From assembly GCF_031769215.1 (NCBI RefSeq), contig NW_026781993.1:434001-498000 (forward strand): a DNA stretch of 64,000 nt, in the 5' to 3' direction. Positions 25,201-38,837 of this stretch are shown piece by piece. A program made the position numbers and the translations under genes. Every line of letters starts with the position of its first letter. Within the stretch, counting starts at the first letter, position 1. The notes below the pieces were generated by a model, which was given only the letters and a program-made list of their open reading frames with translations, searched no databases and had not been told where the DNA came from. This DNA comes from Ylistrum balloti (Eukaryota).

Positions 25201-28200
25201 TTTATTATATGATAGTATTTGTTGGTATTCTTACCCAGTCCAACAGAGAAGAATGGTGAGGTCGGTGGGAGAACTGCACACTGTCTCATCACTGAAGAAA
25301 CATTCTTCAGCTCCAAAGTCAACTGAAGCATAAAAGTGTTGTTACTTTACACAAGAAGAGTTTGTACTCACAGTAAATTATTACAGCAGAGCAATTTAAA
25401 AAAATCAATCAAGTTCATTATGAAAATCTTACATATGCAATAATCAATCAACTCTGTGTGATGTAGAGAGACATCTTAACCATACAGATAAGATTTCTAT
25501 ATGTTATTACTGATCTACAATGAAAATTACAGCTCTGTTTTAGCATTTGAAAAGCTTATGTTTTAACATACCTCAAATTGATATAGTCCCCAACCACTTA
25601 CCTCATAAACCTGGCCAACTTTGTAATCTGAAAATTGAACTGTTGGTGGAGAGACTAAGAAAACAACAGATGGTTCCTTTTGTCTGAAACATAAAATTAA
25701 AACATTTATGATGATACCAATTAATTTCATTAGCTATTAACAATCAAGTAACTACCATACAATACCACATGGTTCAAACATGAAGTGTTTAGCGTTACTT
25801 AAAATTAATATGTGTACTCATCATCAGGATGCATTTGGATGCATTTATTGCCAGATAAGTATGGTACATGTAAAAGTACATCAAGCTGATGATCAAGTCC
25901 CTGAGGTTTGTTTGTCACATTTTACTTCTCTCAAATAGTGGCACAGTTCAGAAAATACACATGTACTTGACACTATTCTAAAATTATCTGATGTATGAAT
26001 ATTGCGAAATTTATCTAATTATGGGGCTGCTGCACCTGAGTCCTACGCCTGGATTTGGACTTTCTTTCAATCACTTTGGATTTTCCTTAGTCACCTCTTA
26101 GGCTTCAAAATTTAGGCCCTTAGCATCACCGACAAGTCCTAAAAGGACGAAACAGCTGTATGATGCAGTTTAATTCATGGTTTGGGTCTACTTTTCACTT
26201 GTATATCTTTTGTACAATCCTTTCATAGAATAAGCATTATCAATAAATAGTACTTACTTTCCCATATCAGGTTTACTTTGTATTCCTATTTCCTTTGGTT
26301 TGGGACGACATGGTTTTATCAGAGATTTTCCACCAGGTGGTGCTGATGGTGGTACAAATCTTGGATTACGAACATAGTTCACACGAGCCTGAAGATTTGC
26401 AAGGTCTTTTCTGTCCACTTCTCGTTGAGCCTCACTCATGTGGATTTTCCATCCTCCTCGTTTTGGAAACACAACCTAGAAATATACCATGACCTTTGAC
26501 TTCAGACCTTTTAGTAAATAAATCTGGGTATTACCTTGCCTTATTCCTTTTCAACTAATATTTCACAGATCTGAAGTTTATCTTTCATAACTTAAGTCCT
26601 GCATGTATAATGTTTCTCATAGAGATTCACATTCAAAAACTGAAAATTTGGTAACTGGGAATTACAATACATCTCTATAGACTTAAAATTAATAAACCAT
26701 TCCATTTCTTAATATTTCCTTTTACTGAAAAAATGTTAAACCATGGGATTAGTTATTTCATAACTAAAGAAACTCTTTCTGTGTTATTTTTTTCAATGAA
26801 AACAAACTGAAAGATGCTACAACAATGTCAAGTGATTCTATCATACTGACTGATTCTGCGTCATCTGAGGCAGGCTCAGACTCCAGAATGTCCTGCTCAA
26901 CGTTGATGCTGTCTGATACATAACTTTGTTGGACCAGGTCGGATCTACTGTTAAAGATCTGAGGCTGTGGTGTTTCTTCTGGCTGGTCAACAGGACGAGT
27001 TCGTTGCTGTGAAGACACTGTCTCACGTGCATAGCTTGGCACCTTGGGACCTTGTATAAAGCAATCATAAATGAACATCTTCATTTCTTTCTAACAAAAG
27101 AAAATGTCAATCAGTTTCAGACAGAACTAAATTATCAACCATTTATTCAACAAATACCCTGCATGCATAGTAGTATATTCAGAGTGACTATCTTAAGATC
27201 TATACTACCTTTCCTTACAGAAGAGACACTGTCTGTATGTATACACACCATGTGGTAGTGGCACTGTTAGCTGTTCTTCTGTAGCATAGTCTTCTGGAGA
27301 CAACAATTTGTGTTTCCTCAGCAAATCCGAGTCAATGCAGGATCGGAAATGAGAACGACCTGGAAAATCATATTTTTCTTTGGTTTACCATTTTCTTCAC
27401 ATAAAAATAAAACACTTTTCTTCAGTAATTTCATTAGACACAAACAATTAGTGGGCATTGATTCTCCTGACTTACCAGGAGGTAGCCCCAGCTCAGAGTA
27501 GTTGTCACAGCTCTGTGTGACCCTGTTCAGCTGACGTTCATCTGCTGACATGGCACGGGCCTGTGCCTGCATGATATGACGTTCCAGTTTAGCTGCCTCT
27601 TCTAGTCGCTTCTGTCGTTCTTCAAATACCTGTTATATAAAAGTTTACAAACTTGAAAACAGGTAAATCTAACAGCTAAAGGCAGTAAAAATGAACTAAA
27701 ATAACAAAAATGTTATGTGTTTGTCTATCATACCATTGATATCTACTCAACTGTATCTAGGTTATATCACTTTTACAAAATCAAACAGAAATTTACTTTG
27801 GACATAATATACCTGGTAACTCTTCCTGAGGTGTGCCACTTTGAATTAATTCATTGCCTTGTGTTGCACGATATTTTTGTAACAGTTAATATATCTGACA
27901 TTTGTTAAATTGATGGAATCCAAATTAAGTTCATGTCAAATTATGCACATGTACAGTAACATCATTACAAAAGTTTAAAGCACAAGTTATATGCTATTTT
28001 ATACAGATGTATTGATAAATTTTCCTTCATTAAGATATATATTAATCAATTCTAACAACTACATATATATTAAGAACCAAGCTTGTATTCTTTAACTATC
28101 GCAATTAATATGTAAATCTGATTCAACAGAAATTCCAAAGCTTACTTTCTCTAGAGCCTCCACATAGCGTTCATGATAAGGGTCATCACCATGTTTAGAG

Positions 28201-28361
28201 ACACCAAGATTTGCTACCGTGTCAGCGCTAATAGCATCTCTAGTGTATAATTCTCGAAAAGTCTTCGCTAATATGTGGCGCACATCTTGTGATTTGCCTG
28301 TGGATGGCCGCTGGAGGAACATTGGGGGTTCCTCCCCTCTTTGAACTGGCTGTGTCTTCAT
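7236..28361 (-). CDS. DLEC1: Deleted in lung and esophageal cancer protein 1 / cilia- and flagella-associated protein 81 orthologue, about 1708 aa, 36 coding exons
   Basis: Phase-consistent GT-AG exons in transcript order: 28146-28361, 27476-27629, 27249-27359, 26851-27050, 26258-26475, 25602-25683, 25235-25322, 24867-25040, 24416-24549, 24010-24193, 22906-23068, 22342-22528, 21056-21227, 20627-20766, 20297-20390, 19735-19865, 18952-19110, 18622-18764, 18115-18268, 17843-17953, 17441-17571, 16863-17045, 16324-16403, 15787-15938, 14819-14925, 14396-14466, 13805-13936, 10942-11162, 10502-10621, 10046-10143, 9581-9659, 9129-9317, 8717-8863, 8402-8555, 7938-8061, 7236-7359 (sum 5127 nt). Peptides match what I recall of vertebrate DLEC1: SQDVRHILAKTFRELY, LERHIMQAQARA, CIDSDLLRKHKLLSPEDY, GQFPGEHGLVAPGMSCHYAIRFAPDSL, LVCDNCHVK, DMWGLYTDNLMCQIGDL, RFGTHVSG, DIRLDW, and C-terminal GVLGETPQRLVIKGQGSYDGRY. 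Confidence 0.93.
7701..7815. repeat. 25-bp minisatellite, about 4.5 copies, in the last DLEC1 intron
   Basis: Unit gaaaatacttctgattctggt(a/t)act, period 25. Confidence 0.9.
12530..13565. repeat. 36-bp minisatellite, about 24 near-perfect copies plus degenerate flanks, intronic
   Basis: Unit gatgtagactgtagtgttatatctaaccttgtatgt, period 36. It accounts for the repetitive ORFs 12609-13001(-) and 12967-13524(+). Confidence 0.95.
15368..15845. repeat. Perfect 90-bp tandem repeat (5.3 copies) made of the 3' end of DLEC1 coding exon 24 plus the start of its intron
   Basis: Period 90 (atgtcagaat at 15371, 15461, 15551, 15641, 15731, 15821). On the minus strand the unit is 56 nt of exon (AG TTG GGG GCC ... 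ATG TGT CAG) plus 34 nt gtatggacactaacatagtgtaattgtactttag. Confidence 0.97.
17195..17282. repeat. Short dispersed repeat fragment, related copy at 26085-26174
   Basis: Shared agtcacctctt..g.ttcaaaattt...aaggac.aaacagctgtatgatg...ttaat between the two DLEC1 introns. Confidence 0.55.
21228..21860. repeat. 29-bp minisatellite abutting the acceptor of DLEC1 coding exon 13
   Basis: Unit ctaggtaaacaaaacacctgtctctcaat, about 11 near-perfect copies at 21228-21565, then about 9 degenerate copies. Confidence 0.95.
26085..26174. repeat. Short dispersed repeat fragment, related copy at 17195-17282
   Basis: Aligns by eye with 17195-17282 (agtcacctctt...ttcaaaattt...aaacagctgtatgatg). Confidence 0.55.
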
Positions 28362-29162
28362 TTCTATGCAAATGAAGAAAGAAAAGAGATTGTTTAAAAT
28401 GTTCTGCTAAGATAACAAGTAATCAAATAAACCATACTGGTTGCTCAAACATTTCTGCATTTCCTATCTTGATTTTAAGGTTTCCTTCCCAAAACATTCA
28501 TCATTTATCATATTAAAAATGTTGTTCATAAACTACTGCAATATTGCTGACACACTTGATTTTTTTTAGGTCAACCTGATATTGGCCATATCAGAAAATA
28601 ATGAAAAATGTCATCATCATTTGATGTTTCTTTACTTTTGATCAATATTGAAAATTTTCAATTTTGGACCTAATGTTGTCAACATAATGTTCACAATAAC
28701 ATATAATCCCATCTAAAAACACTCAATTGTGAGAATTACACAACAGATTTGTTTAAATTATTTATAAGGTATTTTTTCCCATAATGTCGCATCAAAATAA
28801 ACCTTGATTTTGAAGGGCTATAACCAAACATAAGATGACTACTGCAGTTGATAACACTGTTAAGGTGTGCTTTATATACAGGAGAAAAAACACACACACA
28901 TTGTATAGAATTCTGGATGTAGGTTCTAAAGCCTTCCAAATTGTCCACTGTTGCAAGGTGGGTGTTTAGTCCCATCCGTGATAGTCCCCTGCTTTATCTT
29001 GTTATATAGCTACACTAAAGCATTTGGCTTTGTCAATGCGTTCACGATAGAGACCGTGTAGATAAATAGGCTTGTTCTTCTTTTACTTTTGGAGTAATAC
29101 AACTTCGACACTCACTGCTGACTGAGCATCAACGAATAAAAATCATATTATGAATGACTTAC

Positions 29163-29290
29163 CCTCTTGCTATAATTATTCCAGCAGTATTCAACAAGTT
29201 TGTGCTATGTAAGGAAATACTAAAATTAAATTAACAAGTTTTCCTTTACGTCGTCGCCATTTTTGTTTCAGTGTTGCTAGGTTTTATGCA
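29163..29290 (-). promoter_or_regulatory. Probable non-coding first exon and core promoter of DLEC1, with an RFX-type site and a YY1-like AAAATGGCG
   Basis: Strong donor GG|gtaagtc at 29163/29162. ACCTAGCAACAC (minus strand, core 29273-29281) matches the RFX half-site motif. AAAATGGCG at about 29255-29263 also begins a 4-codon uORF (ATG GCG ACG ACG TAA). The next exon begins AA-ATG at 28363. Confidence 0.55.
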
Positions 29291-30348
29291 CCTCCGACGG
29301 TAAAGAGTTCCAAATTTCAGTTTGGCGAAAACTCACAAAACTTGAGATTATGTTGAACAACCAATATTGTATAAAAACTAAAAGATTATAATGAATGTGT
29401 ATGAAAATAAATCTACCCTAATTCCAAAATGGCATGGTACTAATAATTAATGATTGAAATAATCCATGCACTTCAGATTTGGAACAGGTGCGCGAAGGGA
29501 AATAACCCTTAAAATCATGAAAAAAAAATCCAGAGGGTCTCCAACTTCGTAACTTTTTTCTTCGTTTTTCGAAAGTTTGGATTAAAACGCTTGTCAGTTC
29601 CATAGACTTAGATAGTGATCAATACATGTTTTCCCCTATATATAAATGCTGATTTATGTCATTATTTACATTCGTGTACCATTAACAAAATTTGTATGTA
29701 ATTAAAAATGTCGCAACCCCATCGAAACAAATATGAAGGCCATAAAATTAATAGTCATCAGTGCTCTGTTCACCATTACTTTGATGAAGACTATTTTTTG
29801 ATAATACATTCTCACTTTTTAAATTTCTATTTCGCTTTGCACTGTATTCTAGTCATTTAAGGTTTTGCTTGTTGGACCGTCAGCTTACAATTCATTTATT
29901 TTTAGCGATGAATTTTATTTACTATTTAGATTTACATTTTTCCCTGTATCTACAGACTACAACTTGCATTTCAAGACGTAATTTACCTTATAGGTAGCTG
30001 TAGGTGTAATTGGAATAGCGAGACAATCCTACTAGATTCAGAGTTCTTTTCCTACAATACATAAATACTGTAAAAGTATCTACTTTAATTGGCTTTCAAG
30101 AAATGTGCACAGCTGAATTGGTTACATTCGTGTCAGTTAACATTTGAGTCTGACCAAAATCTGGGCTTTATACATAATTGTTAATTATTATCTTGCATGC
30201 TCTTTATGTTATAAACATTGGTACAGAACTCCGTCTTGATCTGGTAACTCAAAAGCCTTGAAAAATGTACCAGTTTTATCCACATTAAAAGATAGTATCT
30301 TTATATAGTTGTCTGAAAAAATACAAAGATAAAAGTTTGTCTATGATC

Positions 30349-30354
30349 TTTATT
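30349..30354 (-). terminator. Candidate distal RAB30 polyadenylation signal
   Basis: AATAAA on the minus strand followed by U-rich ttttatctttgtattttt. No coding potential was found between here and the RAB30 stop. The assignment is inference. Confidence 0.3.
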
Positions 30355-33300
30355 TTAATATTAATATGACATAAAACAAATCTCAATATCGGATAGACTT
30401 GCAAAGCAACAAATTTCAAGCATGTTCTTACTAATGAATCTCTGTACTATAGATGTACTGTGAGTGAATAACATTCTTTCTTGCTGTTGTGATCCTTACT
30501 TTTATATGATCATTCTGTAGTTGGTCTTTTTATATAAAAAAACATACTAGGTATTAACTCTTATGAATGCCCAACACATGATGTACATGCTTTACCAAGA
30601 TCTAACAATTTAAATCAATCACTGTTTCAAAGAACATGACTTTTTTTAATCCCAAACACAAACATTTGAACAAAACAAAAAGGTTTTCACTATAATTCAC
30701 AAGTAAATTGAAAATGAATTGGAAGAAAAAAAGCCATTGTAGAAGTCCTGTGTCTCTATTTCTCTACTAACTAAAGAATCAGAAACATGCTGTGAAATGT
30801 CAATGTTTTTGTTTTGGTTAATGTAATACATGTAGTAATTTTATTTCTAACTTTTAAATCATGAGATAGGAGACACTGTTCTCTCCTTTGAATAATTAAA
30901 ATGGTAGCTAGGCATGCACATGTATTATTTTATACATGGTTTTTAAATAATAAAACAAAATCACAGAAATTTCCAAATTCTTGACTGGAGTTCATATTTA
31001 AGGTGTCACTAAAATTTTATCACTGGATTCTATAATCAATGTTCTCTGAGAAGTTATTTAATAAAATGATTCACCATAAAATATCAATTATAAATTGTAG
31101 TTGGATAAAAAATTCAAAACACTTTCACTAGCATTCACTAGTATTTTTCCATATCATGCTGAGTTAGCCTGTATAAAAAAAATGAGACAATTCTAAGTAA
31201 AAAAGGTGAAAATGTAAAATACAATAAGAAATAAGGTAAAATGAGATTGTAAAAAATACTTAAAGTATTACATGCATACAAGGGAAAAGTATCTATTATT
31301 TACAAAACGAAATCGTAGTAAGCATAATTAACATAATGAGGTTAAAAAATGAAATATCATTTTGAGTATTTTGGAGGGATTTATTGTCAGTGATGTAAAG
31401 TAAGTTGACAGGCTTGGTACATCAATATGTACCTACCTACTTGTTTACATTCCTCAATGTCAAATACCATATTTATCTGGCAATAAGGTTGTGCCTGGTA
31501 ATAAGCCTATAAACGTATTGTTGTCTAATGACAAATTACTAATGTTTTTTTACCATCCTGTAATAATCCCATATACAGACTTAATACACTGGGTCATTGG
31601 GCATCTCAGCTTATTGCAGGATAATAATGGTATATTGATCACTTCTCTTGCTCACATGTAAAATTTATTTGGATTTCAAATGATTACATATTTCATTTTA
31701 TTTATATCTAAAAGGAATGGAAAATGTCCTCAATTAAAATACAGTTTGAACTACATCAAACCACAATTACTATCAATTAAGGGATAGCACATGATCAAAA
31801 CATGTCTTAATGCCACCATATTCACATTATTAAAGTGGTATTTCAAGCCTTCATAACATGAAGATATATAAAGACTAGAAAGGACTTGTAAAAATACAAA
31901 CCGATGAGACAGAAATAGAGACAGATATCTCTGGTTTCTATTATAAGCTAGTATAAATAGTCTGTAGTTTAGAAGGTAAATTTGGCTACAATGATATCTG
32001 CAGTGTAATTGCAGCTTTAAATAAATATTGACTAGATCACATAAAATGAATGTGGTAATTGCAAAAGCACAAAAATAACAATACGTACCATCTATGACAT
32101 GTCTCAGTTAGCATGGCAACAGTTAGTCCTAAAGGAACATTGGCAGTAAAGTTCAACCTCGGTCTATGCATTAACTGCAGTTTTAACAAATGAGATATTT
32201 GATCAACATTCAGTCTGCACTGTATTAGGGCAATCCCAAATACACAGAGGGAATCCAAAAAATGGCTATATCAAAAAAATTTCTATGATGTTAGTTTTTT
32301 TTTCTCCTGAAATGAAATCCAATATACCTCCATTATAACGGGGATATAATTTGAAATGGCAATATTAATGTATATAAGCTGTCATATAATTAAAACATAC
32401 TTCAAAACTATTTATGCGACTAGATATATTTGGTGCATCACCATTTAAAGTAAAAGTTAAAACAAACACATTTCTAGTGAAATGATGGTAAATAACTGAA
32501 CACAACGAATGGTTATAACAATGGAACACATCATGAAAAAAACCCTCTAAAACGAGTTAAAAATTCAGCCTTTCAGAACACTATCTTCATCCTCAATAAT
32601 AAGAATATATACAACAAATACTTCTCTCTTCAGGATAAAACCTCATTTACCATATTAGGAAATCCTAGGAACGTCTTTATTTTTAAACTTTATGAACAAA
32701 CCAATACACTGAAATGCTGTGACTTGGTACAAATTCCGATCCTCACAGTCCATATGTTTACTGTTTTTGTAATAACAATAAGACAATGCCTGGTAATAAG
32801 CCCATCCTAATGTGTTGTTATTCAACAGAATTTCCTGCAAATGTCACGTATAATCCTATACCTTGACTTTCTAGGCTTTTAGTGAGTTTGCCTCCCAGTT
32901 TTTTTCATAAAAACAATAGATAATAGGTATGTACTGTGGGGTTGAGAATTTCAGCCAAGTCTCAATCTGATAACACAACTGACCACCAATCACAGGCCAC
33001 ACATACACAGAGTACATTATGTACTAATGCTGAACTTTGTAATGCACATTCTCAAACATCGTTTTACATATAGATGCTCACACAAGACAAATCACCAACA
33101 GCCCCTAGCAGCTGATTATAAGTTCTGTATATGCACAACCAAACTTTGTTTTTAATAATTACACACAGCAGCCTTAACAAGCTACATTATCAACATTAGT
33201 TCAACTACCACAGGCTTATTTACCAAAAAAAACCCCCAAAAAACAAAAAAAACCCAAATCATTTTAAGGTGTTGCATGAAACTATTCCAAAAATTACTTG

Positions 33301-35439
33301 ATCAAATAAGAAATTTTGCATTTTTTTCTTTCTTTTTTCATTACCTTACAAATGTTCATAATACCTGGTTATACAAGACTGAAACACATCATTATCCAAC
33401 ATGTCAGATGGTTAAACAAAATCAGGTTAATCTACTTCAAAATTTTGAGAGTCAAAATGAATTAATGTATTTTGACATAAAGCATTGAAAGTATTCATCA
33501 TCATCAAACTTGCATGTCATCTTTCTGAAAACAATCAATATTTTCCACATAATATTAGTAAGTATGTATTTGTTACTTAACCTTCTAAACTAACAACCCT
33601 ATTTTACAAGTTTGATCAATTCTATTCAAACAAAAACCATTTCAAACTTTTGATTCCAATACAAAAATACAAATAACTTCAACATCAAAAATTTTTGATC
33701 ATATCCTAAATTTCAATTATCATAGCAATCTGTGCATTGCTTCAAATATATATTTTATCCTACCAGGGGTCAGCCCCAGGTCAAAAACTGGGACTCTTAG
33801 GTATATATGTAAATTAGATATAATCATGATTCTATAGCCATTTTGTTATGCAGTCTCTCTCTTTTGTCCAGTTATTCATTTTTGTCATTGCTTACAACCA
33901 TGAACAAGAAGAGCAATATTCTATTTCTATAGAATAATCTATTTTCCAAGCACACTATCAACCCTATAACTGAACATTCTAATTCATTTGTTCTTTCCAG
34001 AATACTTAGTTGTTCACTGACAGGAAGACATACATGTATATACTGGGTATATATGGCACAAGTTAAAAAAATACATTAATTAACAAAAAAAAAAAAAAAA
34101 AAAAATGGCATACCCATTCTTATGAGTTTGCTGTCAGTGTAATATCTATCATATACAATGACTTTTCATTAAATGTTTCCTCTTTGATAAACAAAAACTC
34201 ACCATTTACATGTTTGACAATCGTGTAAGGAGAATCCACTGGTCCAAGAAAAAAAAGTGGAAACAGAGAACACTTCAAGATAAATCAAACAAGGAATCCA
34301 AGTGAGTGATTAACATAACGGAAACATTTTCTTAAAACAATCCAAAACATATCAAAATTTCCTCAAAGTCAAGTCTTTCAGAGAGATAAATTACAACTGT
34401 ATCTACAAAGATATCCAAAAATTGCATTTCATAATTATTTTCAGCTTTAAAGTAATGTCCAGCATCATTATTCTAGGTATTAACAATTAAGATTTTCTTC
34501 ATTATCCAAGATTTATAGATTGTGTTGTAACATCGCTGCAAAACATGTAAACTCATTAAGTTAAAACTCTAGGTTTGTAGTTCTAAAACTAGCTGACAAA
34601 ACAAATATGTAAATAATCTGTACAACAGTAATGTAAAAAGTATAATAGTTAATGTGAATGTTTACATATTCATTATTATTTATGAAATTTCTTTGTCGAA
34701 ATTTTATTTTGGTTTTCCTTGGTCATATGAAACAGAGATGAAGACAAATTCAAAAAAAAAAGAAATATTTATATAATCAATATAGCAAAGGACAGGAAAG
34801 TTGATCTGTGCCTGGCAGTATCTGTACACCGTTAACTTATCAATAAGTTTAAACAGGATTTTAATTTTGTATTCCATAATGGGCTAACAAGTGTGAATAA
34901 TATCAGTTGAAGGGACTTGTTTCACTGTTGTTGTAAAATAAATCAAGTTGTATTTATATATAGTATTTTACAATGACAGTGTATGCTCTGAACAGGTTGT
35001 AATGTGTGAAAATTATCCATGAAGTTTCATTTATTCTACAATGCTTATTCCCCTTTTCAAGTTACTGTTTCCTAAAGTTTTCCTTAATCAATGTGGATGA
35101 AACTGCGGGAAAATTGAATGTCATATGCATTCAAACAAAAATTTTACATGCACTGAATCAAATGGAGTGCTTGCTATTATGTTACATTGGCAACATTGGT
35201 TCATCTGTTGCTGAATTGCAAAACAGCCAGCTGAAGCAGATGCCGAAGAAAAATAGTGTACACTACCAAAGCAGATTATAGATACATTTGTTTAGCTCAG
35301 ACAACCAGTACTTTTTGTTTAGTCTACTATATGTAGACCCTTGATACAGAATTCTAGACTAGAATCTTCACGAGAGAGACTATTCAACATTCAAACATTC
35401 TGATAATGCAATCCGTTTCTAAACTCAGTGACAGGACTA

Positions 35440-37555
35440 TCAAAACTTTAAGCAGCCTGAACAGTTGGAGATATTTGTTGTGTTATTCGCATTGAAGCTG
35501 ACTGGTTTATCAACCTCCAGTTCCTGTTGTTTGGCTTGGGCAGTCAATCGATGTGCAATGTCAAAAAACAGTTTATCAACATTGTCTGCTTCTTTTGCAG
35601 ATGTCTCCAAGAACTTCATTTCATAACGGTCTGCAAACTGCTGACCAATAGATTGTGGGATTTCAATTTGGTTGATCTGGTCAATTTTGTTTCCTGTTAA
35701 AAAATAAAGAAATAAGTATAGACAATAAAATCCAACATCAGCTGAAATTCTTAATTAATCTTTTCTGTGTCGAGTTATATCAGAATTCAATAGTTTTATG
35801 AATATCCTGTGTGCTTAACCTATAGATATCTTCATCTCTTACATTAGATATCGGAAATGATATAAGTCAACAGTAAAAAGAAAAAAAAATACATCAATAC
35901 TGAATAACCAAGCCTGGGAGTTTCTTACGTTGAAATGATCAAAAAGCAGTTACAGTAAATAAAACAACAAATTTGCTATGATATATTTATGAAAAATGTG
36001 ATAATTAAATTATTTATCATTGAATGCTTAAATATCTTTTTGACTTCAACAGAGTATACAAAGTATTCAAGATCATTTGAAATTCTCAGTAACTATAATG
36101 TTACCTATATATATATGGTAACACAAGTGACATTGGAAAACAATTTCTGACTCATGTCTGGCCAAGAAATTTGACAAATGCCAAACCAAATACACCACTC
36201 TGACATCCTTTAAATGTATGTTTGGAAGTTGTGGTGATAGACAGCAAAAAATTCTTGACATGATCACAGTGGCAAATTGTCTATTACACAATGTGCATCT
36301 GGATTGCAAAGTCTATATATACATGGATACGAATAATACAAATTATATATAGATACAGATATATATGAATTTGTGACTATATACAAATTGCAGGAAATTA
36401 TATACTGTATTTCCCTGGTTATAAGCAGCATCAATTTATAAGCCTCAGGGCCAGTTTTAGGTGTGGCTTAAAATCTGGAAAATATGGTGTCTACTGAACT
36501 GACCAACAAGGTAACTATAGACTTGGGTGCTGGCATATTTCTCTATTTCCTCTATCCACATCGGAAGACTGTCAAAGGATTGTTGACAGCAAACATCATA
36601 TACAAGAATCAGGGCATTAGCAGAGTGGTAGTAACTCTGTGTGATGGAGCGAAAGCGTTCCTGACCCGCTGTATCCCAAATCTGTAGCTGTAACACAAAC
36701 AAATATAAAATGTAGGTGTGTGTAATGGCGTGATTCCTTTTTTGACTTATTATTTATAACGTAGAACAAATGTGTACAAATTTATTGAAATATTCCTCAA
36801 ATCTAGAGTCATTATACACAATAAGTGTACTGACTGATTGTCAAAATTACAACTTATTTCATATTGAGCAATGAGTTTTCAAAATCAACTACCTTGACCT
36901 TCTCGCCATCTACTTCTACTGTCTTGATCATGAAGTCAACACCTATAGTTGCTCCTTGGCCAGGTGGAAATAAGCCCTAAAACAAAACACAGCCTTAGGG
37001 TATGAAGGGATATCAGTTATGAATGTGAATCAACAATTTAAATGAACATTCTTCACTAGGACATTTCACATCCCATTTTACAAGTTGCAAGACAATTCAA
37101 TGATAATTAAAAATAATCATTGTCAATGTCTCTTTTAATAGATAATGAGAACAGTCTTCAATGGTTTTTAGATCAAATATTCATAATTAATTTGTAATTA
37201 ATGGAAATTTAATATACTATATCTTTTGCATGACATGGACATTGTAGATGTTTTATATCTGATAACCAAAGAAGTACGACTTGTACTCCACAAGAGCTAC
37301 TTTGAAACAAAGCATTTTTCCAACTAGGTAACAGAAAATCCCCCATTTAGCAATGCAATTTTATGGCTTCTGCTTTATTTGTATTTTCTTCACTTTTTTT
37401 TCGGAGTGTAGGTTTGAAACAGAATTTTTTTTACTGAAAATAAGGAGCACTTAATATCTACAACATACCTGAGTAAACCTCCTCACAAGACATGTTTTTC
37501 CGACTCCAGCCTCACCAATCAGAACTACTTTGAATAGGTATTTATAATCTTCCAT
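35440..37555 (-). CDS. RAB30: Ras-related protein Rab-30, 202 aa, 4 coding exons
   Basis: Exons 37469-37555, 36893-36976, 36504-36687, 35440-35693. Protein: [29 protein letters not shown]|[28 protein letters not shown]|[31 protein letters not shown]...|GNKID...[16 protein letters not shown]...SNCSGCLKF*. The segments [24 protein letters not shown] and [12 protein letters not shown] are diagnostic of Rab30. An acceptor at 37576 implies an upstream non-coding exon. Confidence 0.96.
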
Positions 37556-38837
37556 TGTACTGCTTTATGGAAATGCCTATAAATTAAGTAAAGATCAACT
37601 AATATAAAATTTGCCACACCATATGTACTCAGTGATTTATACTTCAATTAAAATTTTCAATTATCATTTTGCAACATAAAAGACAAATAATTTTTCAATT
37701 TTTTTTTTCTGTGCACTACGTACAACAAGTCCTCCATATTTTGATGTTTGGACAAACAAAAACTCACAAAGAGTGTAGCGTCCCTCAGTCAAAAATCCAG
37801 TTCCGGTTTGATAATTAATATTAATAATAATAGTACAACACATGCACATTCAACTCAGTCAGGCACAGAACCTAAACAGGTATGGACAATATCTTAATTT
37901 TGTACAACCACTTTTCTTCACAACTTCCCAATTTTAGAATTTCAATTGATACTTCAAATATGTTTCAATTTTTTATTAAAATACATACACTTAGACAAAC
38001 TACTGCAATTTCAATTTAATGACGTCACATATCAGAAGATGAATTACTCATTAAATATAAAGATAGATAGATTTTGATGATTTCCATTTCAAGAAGTCAT
38101 GATTATGATTACAACATTTTATAGCTGGTTTACATAATAAACTTATCTGATTGTTTCATTATAAATCTTGGTCCTGAAAAGAAGAGAGCAATAAAAGGTC
38201 CGGGGAAAAGTAAAGATCTTGTAAAGGTACTGAAATGTCTGTCTACCGAAACAACCAAGTACTAAAACGTCTTACACTGTGTACAGTTACTTCTCACTGC
38301 TAAAAACAACCCTTGTATAAAATGGCCCTACCTTTGGTAAGGTTGTACTACTCTGATATAGTACCACTAAGAGATGTTAATTAAACATTCATAGTGTTAT
38401 GAAGTGCATACAGATAAATAATGAAAAGAACACTGCAGACTAAACAGCAGGAAAATGTCTTTCTCGAATATCATAATATACACTTGGAATAGCCTGCCAC
38501 TGGAAGTAATATAATCACACACAGTGAAAACTGAAATCAAATTGGGAAAATGGGAAAATGCTGAAATTTAGTAAAATTACACTACAGTACAGAGTCTGAC
38601 ATAGTGGCCATATAATTGGCTAGCGTCCACTGAAGATCTTAAGATATCCTTAGCTGTTATCCTATAATTGACAGTCGCCAATGATGTGTTTCAGACATTT
38701 TTTCCGAATAGGTTCGAGTTTCTTATTCTTTATTTATTAGACCTGCAACATAAATTCACAATGGCCATCTCCCTATGGTGTCTATAGTATGGATGAGGTA
38801 GCATTGAGCTCTCATTTGCTCAAATACGGGCACATAC

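Noticed and set aside
29930-29990. Plus-strand acceptor-like tract (tttttccctgtatctacag) suggesting a divergent transcript from the DLEC1 promoter
   Set aside because: No ORF, no convincing partner donor and no other support.
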